A stretch of DNA of 61,102 bases, counting the filler, from Sphacelaria rigidula (Eukaryota): NCBI GenBank assembly GCA_964200075.2. It is 6 parts of 6 records of this genome, joined end to end, with 100 filler letters (N's around TTAATTAATTAA, not from the genome) between each part and the next. Parts side by side here need not be neighbours in the genome. Positions count along the whole stretch, not along the records: positions 30,604 to 40,703 come from CAXNAA020007142.1; positions 40,804 to 50,903 come from CAXNAA020007143.1; positions 51,004 to 61,102 come from CAXNAA020007144.1; 3 more parts are not named here. The stretch is one strand, 5' to 3'. Position numbers and translations under genes: made by a program. Shown here one piece after another: positions 39,960 through 52,190 of the stretch. Numbering within the stretch: position 1 is the stretch's first letter; every line of letters starts with the position of its first letter. The notes under the pieces were generated by a model. That model had not been told where the DNA came from, did not search any database, and saw nothing but the letters and a program-made list of their open reading frames with translations.

Positions 39960-40626
39960 AAACGCCGACGGGTTCTGGACCTCGCCGCGGCAAGAAAAGA
40001 GGGAACCTCCTCCTGTTCCACTTGTCACTCGCACGGGTCTGAAAAATACGCGTTGGGCCAAAATTGTTGCGTCTACGCTGTGAACCATCAACCATATCTT
40101 GCTCAGAAACCGTCAGTTGCAAATTATCAATTTCCCATTGTGAGTTCCAAAAGGGTTAATGACCGATCCTGCTTGTAAACGTTCTTCAGCGCCGCAACCT
40201 TTGTTGGCGTGAGGAGCGACGGGCGTCCAGTCCTTGTGTTGTTCGAAAGGTCGACCTCCTGGGTAGCGTCGATCTGGGCTTTGGCGCTTTTCCACAATTT
40301 CGTCGGGTACTCGGGACCAACACCGTAGCGTTCGCATATTGGCCCCAGCGAGCCCTTGGGCACCTTCACCTTGCCCAGTAGAATAGCAAGCGCAACCTCC
40401 ATCGCAATCGCATAGCGGCGACCCAAATATAGCTGGCCCCCCTTTCGGCGAGTGGAGGGGGGGTACTCTGGGGTAAGTCTATCGTATTGTGATGTCTGTG
40501 GGCTGGGTGTGGGATGTTATAGACGAATTCTCAATATTATTCTCAAAACAAATCCCACAAGAATTCCGAAAAAAATGCCAAAATGGCGTATATTGTGACC
40601 TGCTTTTTTTTTTGTCATAGGCTTCG
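39960..40626 (-). mobile_element. Decayed mariner-like element: 5' end plus N-terminal transposase (40127-40426)
   Basis: RYAIAMEV...PKGSLGPICERYGVGPEYPTKLWK...TGRPSLLT...RSLTL (HTH plus GRP motif); candidate terminus TA|cgaagcctatgacaaaaaaaaagcaggtcac at 40626; partner TIR not found. Confidence 0.7.
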
Positions 40627-40703
40627 TATGCGAGGTATGCTACGGTAGGGGTGCACTTTTTTCGCGAAATTATGTCTAGTTCGGGGGCTCCTAATGATTC
40701 TAC

Positions 40704-40803
40704 NNNNNNNNNNNNNNNNNNNNNNNNNNNNNNNNNNNNNNNNNNNNTTAATTAATTAANNNNNNNNNNNNNNNNNNNNNNNNNNNNNNNNNNNNNNNNN
40801 NNN
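40704..40803. other. Artificial contig linker
   Basis: N run with central TTAATTAATTAA. Confidence 0.98.
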
Positions 40804-40877
40804 GGGGCTCGTACTCATTTGTTGCTTGCCTTAGTCGTTTGACCATTGACCACGCATCCCTTTCGAGACGGAGCACT
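40804..40877 (-). repeat. Poly-C core motif, subtype 1, at fragment start
   Basis: Identical over ~65 bp to 17455-17521. Confidence 0.9.
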
Positions 40878-40928
40878 CTTCGCCGACGGGGGGAACCTTT
40901 TATCGCCGTCTTCTTGTGGGTTTGTGAA

Positions 40929-41046
40929 CCCTTTTGGAACCCGTTGACGATTCTTGTCTTTGTGGATCGGCATCGTTTTCAGTCATTTCCAAGTCAAAAT
41001 GATGCCGATTCACAAAAACAAGAATCGTCAGTGGGTTCCAAAAGGG
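40929..41046. mobile_element. Small palindromic piggyBac-like MITE (118 bp)
   Basis: TGAA|cccttttggaaccc.ttgacgattcttg...caagaatcgtcagtgggttccaaaaggg|TTAA; almost wholly self-complementary. Confidence 0.75.
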
Positions 41047-42710
41047 TTAAAGAGACGAAATATACGATCAAGTGTGAGGCGGCGGCTGCTTATATACAAT
41101 AGATGAATTGGTGAAAAGCCGTCGTGACTCGTGCTCAAGATTGACCAACTCTAAAAGTTGGGACAGTAGGGGGAAAACATTCCGTAGTGAAAAAAAGGAA
41201 ACACACATGGCACAATTATCAATTACGCCGGTTGAAAAATCAAGACGGGAAAACAACGTACACACATGAAACACGCGGGGCACACATATCTATACACTCC
41301 GAGGCCTCCCCCCCCCCCGCCCCCTCGAAAAAAACAAAATCATGGTTGATACCTCCGCCAATCGCTTCACCGAAGCAAGCACCATGTTTTCTCTTTTGTG
41401 CTTGTCTCTGGCACTCTACAGTACATTCAATGGTCCCTTCTCCCTCTTCATCGTCCAAAGGCACCCGGGGCACGGGTACTAGAGCAACGGTACAAGGTAC
41501 CAGTAAACATACTCCCATGCAAAGTATCCGTGATTGGTCGTTTTCAGTCGATACTGATGTCACCACCCTGAGGCTCAGGGGGCAACAAACCTCGCGGGTG
41601 ATAGGTGGTGAGCCCCTGGCGCGAGGCTGCTCGTCACACTCCAGTGTGTGGGGAGGTGTGGGTACAGACATGTTTCTGCACCCATTATCGGAGTATGACA
41701 ATATTCCAGTTACGGGGATGAACGATGGGCCAATGTATCGAGACATCCACTCCCCGGGAAAATTCCAGGAAACTTGCGGGGCGAATAATATCTTGCCGCA
41801 TGCGTGTACGCGCGTGTTCATGGTAACGATCTATCCTGATACGCACAATACCCCAGCCCTTTGCCCTTCTATTTTTCCATCGCTCTTCATACTTTCAACT
41901 CTTTCCCGTCTTTTGACCCTTTCCCGTCCTCGAGTCGGGTCCGTAGTCTCAAGGAATCAATCCATCTCTTCCCCTGCAGGCATGTACCCTGTAATCCTCA
42001 GCAGTCTTTATTCATACTCAGCCGATACACCGGGGACATACCCCGGAGTAATCCCTTGTTTTTGGACGGCCATTCATAATCAAACCCCAGGTATGTACCC
42101 GGAGGCTTCACTGAGCTGCCTTGCCCTGCCTTGTCCTGTTGTGACTTGTTCGGTTGGCCGACCTGTGTAACTTCCCTCTTTTTGACTTTCTTGGCCTATT
42201 TTGGCCCGCGTACCATGTATCCCATTGCGCTTTCCCTTATTTCGGTGTGTTCTTCCAACTCGTACGTACATTCTTGTATATTCTATTTTTTTCGTTGACG
42301 TGCGTGTAGGACCCCGACCTGCGGGGCGCCGAATTTTCCACATCCTGGACAAAAGATTCAACGGTAAAAAAATGTGCTGGGTACAGTATGGGATCTTGTC
42401 TGCTGCAATAGGCGCAACAGTCGATACTGTACACAGTACACTCTTTGACGATGTACTCTATCGTCCAGGGTGTGGTATGTTCGTGTTCGTGGGCGTACCA
42501 CAATTATTTTCACCTGTATTCTGTCCTTTTGTGCTACGGCTTTGTGGCCGCGGCCGATAGATTTCCGATAAAGGGCTAGTGTGAGAAACAACACCAACAA
42601 CAACACCCACCACTCACTACTGCGGTTTTCCTGTAGAACCGAGAGGACCCTGGCCGTGCGATTGCCTTTCCCCCCTGGAGCACGTTCGAGCTCTAAACCC
42701 TCTGACTCAC

Positions 42711-42854
42711 CGTCTTGAGGCGAACATTGGAGAGGGTCACGTTCGCCTGTAGCAACGACACGTCCACGTTGTCTTTTGTGAATCCGTCCAGCCACCGCCC
42801 GCAGATCTGGTTCACTTGGCGCTCGACGAAGCTGGTCATTGAGTGCTGAGCCAT
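42711..42854 (-). CDS. First coding exon of a chorein-N (VPS13/ATG2/BLTP family) lipid-transfer protein
   Basis: MAQHSMTSFVERQVNQICGRWLDGFTKDNVDVSLLQANVTLSNVRLKT|gtgagt; matches the chorein-N pattern (LG.Y...L....L..SL..G.V.L.NL.LK); next exon not found in this fragment. Confidence 0.85.
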
Positions 42855-44429
42855 GGGGGGGAAGGGTCGGTAGGTGCTACAATAAGTGGAGGTCCAACTG
42901 TTTTTGGTGGTGCTGACTAGTTCGACGAATAATATCCCCGTAATACCGTGCACCAATATAAATGGTTGGCTATTCTCGTGCTGGGTCGCCCCACGTGCGC
43001 CACAACTCCTCCTCCGCTTCTTAGCGCATGAAAAGGCGATGCAAACTCAAAAGCCAGGCATACACATTGCATATATATATAATATACATACTCCATTTAT
43101 ACCCCGTCCGTGCTGTGCGTAATGTACTATACTCCAATGTACTATACTCCATTTATACTCTCAGCAGTCGAAAAACCTTGTGTACGGACGGCGCAACAAC
43201 AGCAGCAAAGCCTATTGAAAAATAGAGAAGGCGTCACGAGGCTCAACGGCGTTACTGCTGGGGCTCCACGTAGCCAGACGCACATCCCCGTAGATTAGGA
43301 TATGGGTTCCTTCTTGATATGAAGAGCAGTAGTAATCGATTCCACCTGTACGAAGAAGGGGAAACTGTGGTTCCCCGGTTAGAGGTCATGATGCATCTCT
43401 CACCCCAGATGCATCTAGACAGGTCCCCCTCCGACGACATAGTCACGTCTTCCCCTACTTCACTCCTTCTCCATTCAACACATTTAGGACTGCTGGACCA
43501 TCACCAGCTTAGAGTACTCGAGTGAGGGACCCAAACGAGGGAATACTACAAAGGTATCGTCCAACGTGGGTCCATCTTGTTTAAGCGACAAGACACCACG
43601 TGATCTACTGCGTGGTACTTGCTGTTACAAGAAGGACGATACACCCGGTCAAGTACCGCAGAGTTACGGCGTTTTGACAGAAGACTGGGCAGTATTTCAG
43701 CGGTCTAAGAAACCCTTATCTATACATATCACACACTGGACAATATATGGTCCACAGTAGCAATAGGACTATACTTTACGCAGTACATCTTTATGGCAAC
43801 TACAGACCATATAATGTCCAGGGTGATATATATATGTGTGTGTGTAAGCACCAAATAAACAGCAGAAAGCTTGGTGTATATATGCATGGGACGTTCATGA
43901 TGAAACTTCATTGCTTGTGGGGGAGGGAGGGAGGGGGGGAGGGGCAAGTTTCAGATGGATCTGTTCAATCGGCATCATCGCTCTTCATTCGTCAACATCT
44001 AGTGGGAAGTAATGCGCTAAGGCCATCAAACAACAGATTCTGCAACGAGTACTGAGTAATGGAGCGAGGACCGCCCATCGTCGATGAAGAGATGCCTTAG
44101 CATCAATATCTGCCGCGTTGTGCGGGGTCGTTTCTTGTGCAGGAGGCTTTTTGATTGATTGATCGGTAGATTGTCGCACTTTAACTGACCTCCCAGGAGT
44201 CATGATCCAGCCGTGGTCATTATCCACAAGATAGACTTACGTACCCAAGGAAAACAAAACTGAGATACTCGCCCAAGGAAACCCAACAAAGGATAAAGAA
44301 GCGAAAAAAAGAGAAGAGGAAACAAAGGAGACGAAAACGAACCAAAACAAAAAAGTGTTACATAAACGCGATATTCAAGTTCAATGGAGCATGACCGCAT
44401 GAAGAGCATCACCAAAACCTCCTTTTTTT

Positions 44430-45050
44430 CCATTCAGAGTCCATTTATCGCCCTCCGCCCCCGAACGTCGCCCAACTGGAGATGGCTGTGTCGGGGAGAT
44501 CACCCCAAAACCAGCAAACCAGCGACACGATCATACGCGTGGAGGAGAGTGGCATGGCCTACAGGATAGTCTAGGCTAGCCTATGTACTGTGTCAGCGGT
44601 GATGCAAACTGCGGACTAGCCAGTGAGTGGGCTACATCGACAGTGCTGGGCCCGAAGCTCAACCCTCCAGCTGCGGAGCTTCACCTCGTACTGGGAGCCA
44701 CGCTCAACCCTGCAGCTGCGTAAATCTCCCCATAGTTGGAATACTATCGCAGAAAACGCGTCTATGGGGATGGTAGATGAGTAAGCACCAGAGCAGATCG
44801 CAGCCAGGAGCCGAGGGGATGGCTGCACCCTCTCCGCGAGACCACAACGCAAGGCCTCCACTGAGATACATGGACCGATAAGTAATCGGAACAGTGGAGT
44901 ACTGCTTGCACGGAAGATCGGAGCGAGGGCGAGGCCAGGAAGGAGGATACAACAAAGCGTGGAGGGTGTACCTGTATATACAGCTAGAGCTAGGTCCAGA
45001 ATTGGGGAGCTCGCAGTTGCGACCTACAACGTTTGTACAAACGTCCCTTA
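44430..45050 (+). mobile_element. 5' region of an RTE-like LINE, ending at the start of the APE endonuclease
   Basis: ARSRIGELAVATYNVCT resembles the APE N-terminal L.(V/I)ATYNVRT motif; no intact ORF follows. Confidence 0.5.
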
Positions 45051-45078
45051 CCAAGTGTTAAACTCGACTGCACGCTGG

Positions 45079-45429
45079 GCCGGTCGCCCCGTCACCCCGG
45101 TGGCTCCGTTGGTAACTTCTCCGTTGGTAACTTCAAAGCCTCCTGACGGTTGGGTCGTGGGTTCGGCTCTCGGTGCAATCACACATGCGTTTTTTTTCTC
45201 ACACAGTGCTCTGCTTGTGTTTACTTTTTATTGCCTTTTTTTTGTTACGACTTAGTCTGCTATGTCGTTCTGTTCGACCCCCCCCCCCCCCCCCCCGTTT
45301 TTTTTCTCTTCCCTCTTTTTCTCAGAGCGTGTTTCAGTTTCGTTTGTCTTGGGGACGTCTATCATGAAGCCACGGCTGGATTCCTGGGGGGTCAGATAAA
45401 GTGCGAAAATCAATCAATCAGTCAATCAC
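45079..45429 (+). mobile_element. tRNA-derived SINE, family B (same head as family A, different body, (CAAT)n tail)
   Basis: gccggtcgcccc..ggtggctccgttgg...gggttcggctctcgg head; 3' end cacggctggattcctggggggtcagataaagtgcgaaaatcaatcaatca, also seen at 55888-55938. Confidence 0.7.
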
Positions 45430-45444
45430 AGCGCCCAATAGTAC

Positions 45445-45710
45445 TATGTCGTGGGTACACAAAATTCGACTGCACGGTCGACGACGGAAGGGGATTCCTG
45501 AACCCCTATCCCGATAAAAATGAGACAAGCGCCGCAGAAGGAAGGTAGAGTACTAAAACAAAAGAAGAAAAAAAACTCCCGTGTTGGCCTTCCTCCAGTG
45601 TGACCCCGGCTGGTGCGCCTCACATTTACCGAAAGGTGTAGACTTACGTCCTGAATAGATAGGATGACAACACACAACAAACACACACTGGGTAGTCGAA
45701 GGGCAAAAAA
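45445..45710 (+). mobile_element. Headless copy of SINE family A body
   Basis: Colinear with the reverse complement of 26435-26682. Confidence 0.75.
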
Positions 45711-46720
45711 CGAAGACGAAAACACGTTTCATGCCGACGACTTTACCTGGGTGAGTGAGCCTTATCGTATGCTGATCATGGTCACGCGCTCATGGTTGGC
45801 TCCGTTGGTCTAGATCAATCACAAAAGCTACCCTCCGAAGAGGAACTTATCTTCCCTCCCCCCCCCCCTATTCTCAGAATATATGTCATTTTTTTTCGGG
45901 CCTGAACGTACTCGTGTCCAGAAGAAGGGCGTGTCATGGGCCGTGTCTTATCAAATTGTTTTCGTGTCGAAAACCTGCGGTCGAATCGACTTCGCTCGTT
46001 TCTGATTTGTCTACAATAATTATTTCCTCACATGGTTGAGAACATGAATGCCATGGACGTATCTGGGACGATTAAATACGATTCCACCGTACGTTTCCGA
46101 GACGAGAACAATTTGATAAGACACAGTCTTGGAACATTTTTTTCGATCGAAAAAAGACAGCGGTGGAATTGATTTGAGCGAAATTCGCTCATCCTTTTCG
46201 AGTTGAGCCCAAGCGAATTTTCAAGCTTTCAATCGATATATGACAGTGAAATTCGTGAAGGGGTACTTGGTCGCTTGTGTACAGTACAGGCAGTCTGTGC
46301 TGTCTGCACTGTCTGCACTGTCTGCATGCCGAGTGTCTGAGTGTGTGTGTGCGTGCTACGTAAAGTAGGATGTGAAGGAGAAGCTGGCAACGTGCAGTAC
46401 AGACAGGGCAGGGCTGTATCTTCTCTGTGCTTACAATACGACTTGAAAAGGGCTTGGACAACGCGCAGCTTTGTACTACCTGCACTGTCCACAAGCGTGT
46501 ACGCGAGTCGGTTGCGTACCCTATCACGCAGTTTCATCGCTAATCCGTGCCATCAAAGATGCTCAAGTTTTCGCCAACAAATAAATAAAAACAGCATACT
46601 CATATACTGCAGTCTATGTTTCCCTGTGCTCAACTCGTGAAGGGTTGCGGTGGTAGCTGAGATAGGAGTCAAGTTCCCCTTCGTGCCTTTCGACCGCATG
46701 TTTTCGATCGAAAAAGCGTA

Positions 46721-47899
46721 CAGGCTGGGCCAGCCTAAAAACGGATTTAAGCTCTAAAAGCGATATCTCAACGACACAGACGAGTTGGGCCGTGATCCGC
46801 ATATTGTATTAAGTGTCTGATCAAGGGGAAGGTGCCCATCTGCTCAAAAATCTGGGCCAATTTTTCCTCGTCGAGTAAACCCCATGTATATTAATTTCTA
46901 TACCTAGCGGAGATAGCGTCCACATTAAAATCTATATGAAACCCCGAACGATCGATCAAGCGGATGATGACGATTTTTGGTGTGGACCTTCCCTGGAGCA
47001 CGGGGAGACGATAGATACCCTCACTTTCACCTAATTCGTCATCTATCTCGAGAAATGGCACACATAAGGTTCAATACTAAAATCAGTATATCGCGTCTCA
47101 GTTTTTGAGAGTTGTGCTATGAAATTTGGTATGGAGAACCGCTAGTGGATGACGAAAAATTAAACACAGCTTTTCCGGTTTTTTGTTTCGTTTTTTCTCA
47201 TCTTTTATCGTGTTTTTAGGGAGGTTTTGAGGAGAAATGAACATCGCTCTTGGGCCTTAACTCAATTTTTCAGCTCAATTTTTAGAATTGTGATTTGAAA
47301 CTTGGCGTGGAGAACGACAGAGGTGTGCTGAGTAAAAACAAAAAATGGGCCTTCATTTTTTTTTTTTCATGAAAGGTTCGGGTGTTCTCATAAAAACATT
47401 ATCGGTACCATACTAAAATGCCCTCAATCAGTGAAAAAATAAAATAAAACCCAACCTCACCCATTTTCTTGGTTCATCACGACCTAGAAAGGTCCCGCAC
47501 AAAGTTTCAACCCACAAACACCAAACGTGGGCCGATAAACGGCCTGCAAAATACTGTTCCGAATTTCTGCCGCCTCGGTTTTTCAAAAATGTGAATTCGC
47601 ATTTTTTTTCTCGGAGTTGGAAAGTGAAATTTGGTATGGACAATCAACAGTGCATGAAGAAAAGCTCTCTGTGAGGTCCCAATGACTTTTTTTTTTCGTG
47701 AAATACGGGCAAAAATCAGTTTAGAGGTTTTAGTAAAATGCCCTTAACTCACGAAAAAAAAAAAGTCGTTGGGACCTCACAGACAGCTTTTCTTCATGCC
47801 CTGTTGATTGTCCATACCGAATTTCATTTTTCAACTCCAAGAAAAAAATTGCGAATTCGCCTGCAAAGTACAAATCCGTTTGTAGGCTGGCCCAGCCTG
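46721..47899. mobile_element. Non-autonomous Tc1/mariner-type element (1179 bp) with an internal ~270-bp hairpin (47591-47860)
   Basis: TA|caggctgggccagcctaaaaacggattt ... aaatccgtttgtaggctggcccagcctg|TA: 28-bp TIR with 1 mismatch and a TA TSD. Confidence 0.85.
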
Positions 47900-48446
47900 T
47901 AGTGTTTTAGCACCATGATGCAAAAGTGTATCGGCAACTGCTGTTCTGTTGTATATTCTCTGTTTTTTGTTCTTCTGCAGTACTATTTCGAAACACATGC
48001 ATCGGAAACTTTACCAATAGGACTACTCGGATGTACGATGCATGGTTCATGATAAGCTTCTCGAACAAGCTCTACTACCCATGGCCTTACCCGTCACTCC
48101 TCTTCCCGCACACGAGACCGTAGCTTAATCCCAACCCCGATTCGTTGCACTACCCTCGTACCTTCCCATTTCTTATCCTGTCAAGGGCAACCGGGGAAGG
48201 GGAATCCCATAGGGTCCAGAACCTCCCAACTCAGAGAAGCACACTTTTAAAACGTCTGATGGGGCACATGATGACCAGCATGCTGTACGGCGACATCGCT
48301 GGAGAACAAAACACCAAGGATTACGTACAGGCACAGGCCTGCATTGTGCGAAACAGCTTTCACTTGATACCGCCAATGCATCGTTTTCCCTTTACTCCTA
48401 CCGTCCTTACCACCCACCCGCCCCACCCGTTCCACAGCCACCGCAC

Positions 48447-48589
48447 CTTTGGAGTAAGCAGCTGCAGCTGCCGCGTGCCTTCTCAAGCGGAACAGCGCTG
48501 TACCCTTTCGCGAGTAACCCTTCGCCCAGGAAGGGTTGACCTCCACGCATCTCTCCGCGTCCAGCAGAGCGGCGCTCGCATTGTCTTTT
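48447..48589 (-). CDS. Internal exon of a TPR protein (STI1/Hop- or SGT-like TPR domain)
   Basis: cacag|A-KDNASAALLDAERCVEVNPSWAKGYSRKGTALFRLRRHAAAAAAYSK-G|gtgcgg; AL.DA..C....P.W.KGY.RKG.AL is the Hop TPR1-type signature. Confidence 0.85.
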
Positions 48590-48869
48590 CTGTGTGGTGT
48601 GCATCACGGGAAAACCAGGGCGGGAGCAGAAAGAGGGGAGGGGGGGGTCTTAACATTTGAAGCAACCCTTGCTGCTTGTGGATCTTCATTTGCAGACTCT
48701 TTGATGAGCCCTTTTTGCGTGCAGCTACCTCTGAAGGCTTAGCTTGGCATTGAAGAATCTTTGAAATCACTTCGCCGTGGTCTTACCGCGCTATGCGTGG
48801 GAGAGTTTCCCTCTGTTCCTGTCACTAGCTACAGGCTGGTTCACGGGAAAAAAACCAAGAACACTCATC

Positions 48870-49560
48870 GGCAAAACTTCACGCCGTTTCAAGGAGTTAG
48901 ACCCTGAAATTTTGCACAGATGCTCCGTGGGTCATTACGCAACTTTCCAAGGTCGAGTTTTTTTTACTGTCTGACTTTTTTCACCATTTAACTTTTTTCA
49001 CCGTTTTTCCGGTCCCTCAGTTTTTTCGGGGAAACTTCGATCCAGTCGGACCCCCGTAAAACGGTGAAAAAGAAAACGAAAAACCTCGTCCTGACAAAGT
49101 TGCGTAATGACCCATAGCACCGTTGTGCAAAATTTCAGTGTCCAACTCCTTGAAACAGCGTGAGGTTTGTCGTGTTTGTGCGATGAAGCTTGCCTTGCCA
49201 CGGTGAGACGGCAAACTACTAGATTTTAGTATGAAAACGGCGTTTTGGGGCCTTCATTGACGCGAACATAAAAATTCAAGCACCAGTAAATCGAGTTTGG
49301 CTGCGAAACTTCGTGGGGTTTTTCCTTGGATTTTGCGGCGACAGAACGTTCGCGAAAAAAATGAAAAAAACACCGTAGTGCCGGTTGTCCGGGGTCCCAG
49401 AATGGACGACTTCGAAAAAACGACTTGGATCCCGTTGGACCCCCGATAAACAGTAAAAAATACAAGAAGTAGAAAAACCTCGTTGATCGAAACTCGCGTA
49501 ACGATTCGTAGCAAATTTGTGCAGAGTTTCAGGGTCTAACTTCTAATAAATGCGTGAAGA
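48870..49560. repeat. Fold-back-type repeat: a ~90-bp unit at 48873 (+) with inverted copies near 49075 and 49470
   Basis: ggagttagaccctgaaattttgcac...gtcattacgcaactt versus aagttgcgtaatgacc...gtgcaaaatttcagtgtccaactcc. Confidence 0.7.
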
Positions 49561-50822
49561 TTTGCGCGTTTGTGCTAGGATGTGAGCTTGAAACGAGCAA
49601 ACTCGTAACTGCTTGGTTTGAGTATAAAACATCTTCTCGGGTGAATTTTACGTCAAGGCAGCAAAAATTGTATGATATTTCCGAGTTTCTCCACCAAACT
49701 TCGTGCATGTGTTCCTTGGACCATCCCGGGATGCATCATCGTATTATTTTTTCTTTTGAGTCATTCTGTAGCGGCTTCCGGGGGGTCTTTGTACTGGGAC
49801 CCCCGGAAGCCGGTGGAGAACGGAGAAACTTTGAACCCTTGCCAAGAATACAATTTTTTCATTTGGAGCATCAATACCTACGGGACTGTCAAGTTTGAGG
49901 ATGATATGAGCTTTTCTACAGAAGATATAAGAGAAATCGTCACGACGCTCTCTGAGTCTTTCCTGCGTATCATGAGTGGAGAATAGACGACGCCAAACTC
50001 CACGTCACCGAAACATTACGGTTTCGGGTACTCGTGTAATTCGACCCCGTTGGAATCGTTTTCAAATCCGTTCCTAACCTTAGATTCTTGAGGTGATGAC
50101 AGTCACTACGACTTGAAGCACGTGGAGATTCGGTGGAAATTGGGCTTGGAATTCGTATTTTTAATTTCGGAACGGTTTGAAAGGCGCTGATTAGTCGAGA
50201 CACATTTTTGTCCGTAGCGCCACCGCTATAGCCTTGGGCAAAATTCCGGCTGTGTCACCCTCTTCGTCTGTTCATTGCGGTCAGTGTGATACCATGTATG
50301 CGATCATTGGGTGCGTATTGCAGAAGGCATTTGCTGATGAGAGAATTTGGGGGGTTTTCCGTGAACTAGCCTGTACAAAAGAGAAGTTCGCGAGATCAAT
50401 CCGAATACGGAGGTAGGTATACCACTAAAAGTGCGGATGGTGGATAGCGCTACACATGAAATCGTGAAAAAAAAAACGCAAAAACATGATGTGTCTAATT
50501 TTACAATATCAGACCGATTTATCGAAGGTCACAGACGCGCGCGTGCGGGGGGGGGGGGGGGGGGGTCTCCCGGAACATGACGTGATAACAGAGACGGGAA
50601 GCCAAGACATGAAATTTATAACACACTTTACGCATCATGATGGTATACTGACGTGTCAAGTAATTCACAATCTTCAACAACTCGTGTGACTGATAGCAAC
50701 AATCTATCTACATTCGTGGGGGGGTGGGGAGGCTTGACGAAATCCTACCCCTCAAAGACCGTGACTTGAACACTGGTTCGCCTGCCTTCTCTTATACCTG
50801 CCTTTGATCCTGTAAGGGAGAT

Positions 50823-50903
50823 GGGGGGGGTGTACTCATGATCATGCATGCCACAGCCATAAGACCATTGACCTCGCATCCCTACATAGCCGGGAGGGAG
50901 CAC
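50823..50903 (-). repeat. Poly-C core motif, subtype 2, at fragment end
   Basis: Minus strand gtgctccctcccggctatgtagggatgcgaggtcaatggtcttatggctgtggcatgcatgatcatgagtacacccccccc. Confidence 0.85.
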
Positions 50904-51003
50904 NNNNNNNNNNNNNNNNNNNNNNNNNNNNNNNNNNNNNNNNNNNNTTAATTAATTAANNNNNNNNNNNNNNNNNNNNNNNNNNNNNNNNNNNNNNNNN
51001 NNN
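50904..51003. other. Artificial contig linker
   Basis: N run with central TTAATTAATTAA. Confidence 0.98.
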
Positions 51004-51102
51004 CCAGCTTGCTTTTGCCCCGTCCCGAAAGGGATGCGTGGTCAATGGTCACACGACTAAGGCAAGCAACAAAGGAGTACGCCCCCCCCCCAGCTTGCTT
51101 TT
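51004..51102 (+). repeat. Poly-C core motif, subtype 1, bracketed by the direct repeat ccagcttgctttt
   Basis: Direct reading; the 13-bp repeat begins at 51004 and again near 51090. Confidence 0.85.
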
Positions 51103-51239
51103 CAGTCCTTTCGCGCGTGGCGCGACCGCACTGGCTCTGCCCCCCACCCCCCAGTCGCTACTTGACCTCGTCTATCCCTTTTAGGGGTGCTAGAAGCTGT
51201 CGCCACTTCGTCAAGCGGACGATGCGAATTGTTTTCCGA

Positions 51240-52190
51240 AATAGCTCCGGTCAGTGGTGGAGGTTTGGGTGCGCAAAACGGCATTATGTCAACCGCAGAG
51301 TGATGTGCTACATAGACGCTGCGCTCCGAGGACTTCCAAAGCCTACGTATTGCCCACAACAATTTTGTACTGCGAGCAGCTGACTTCCGCAGAAAGAATC
51401 GCGGTGGACACAAACCTCTTTCGAATAGAGCTGCCCGCGAGGTGACCACATGCGAGCGTATCGGGACGACCGTCCGAAAGCGTTAAGTCTGGGTTGCTGG
51501 AGCCCTTGTCTTGAAAGACGACACACCACTCCCAAAGCGCATCATGTTTAGACGGTTGGTCGCGAAAGGGCCAAAGGAGGCTGATGGGCCCTCCAACCAC
51601 TGAGGGGGGCACCTCAAGGAGCACCTACGTGCGCTAGGGACTGTTCCACGCAAGGGAAAAACGAAGTAATAGATTCGCCGGAGGCATGGAAGCGAAACAA
51701 TTGCAGGATAAGACCACTGCAGCAGAGAACGTGGGCAAATGGCACCTGGGAGGCGAGAAGGGGGTGAAGGATTATGAGGAGACGGTGCGATGCGAAGACC
51801 CCCTCGAATCCGATCTCAGTCACAAACAAGAGGCTGTTGCATCGAGAGGCACTGTCAGGAGAGCCGCAACCACTGACACAACAACAGCAACAGCAGCAAC
51901 AGCTCGCGAAGAACCAAAGATGGAAATGGTAGAGGGAGTGACCCGCCTTGTACCTGACTAGAGGTGATCAGATACCCCGAAAGGATAAGACCGGGGAACC
52001 TAACTAGGGGTGATCACGAAGGATCTGTCTCGGCGTTATTGGTTTTATCATTTTCTTCACTTTCTTTCCTCTTCTCTTCTCCCTTCTGTGTCATTTACTG
52101 CTTTTGTTTCATTCTGTTTCTCGCCCTTCAATTTACTTTGTTCCCTCTCCATCCCTATCTTCATTTTCATCGTTTTTCGAGACTCCTTTA
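51240..52190 (+). mobile_element. 5'-truncated, decayed RTE-clade LINE (post-RT region plus 3' UTR)
   Basis: One frame reads FVLRAADFRRKNRGGHKPLS...CERIGTTVRKR*VWVAGALV...LPKRIMFRRL...TTAAENVGKWHLG, an RTE C-terminal pattern with stops; T-rich 3' UTR follows. Confidence 0.8.

Noticed and set aside
41187-42170. 327-aa ORF and overlapping 193-aa antisense ORF
   Set aside because: Composition is not protein-like, it probably lies in the intron after the chorein-N exon, and it does not contain the expected next chorein segment
48232-48299. Phase-compatible terminal exon for the TPR gene (AMSPYSML...)
   Set aside because: It does not continue the TPR consensus (expected GL..DP.N); unsupported without RNA data
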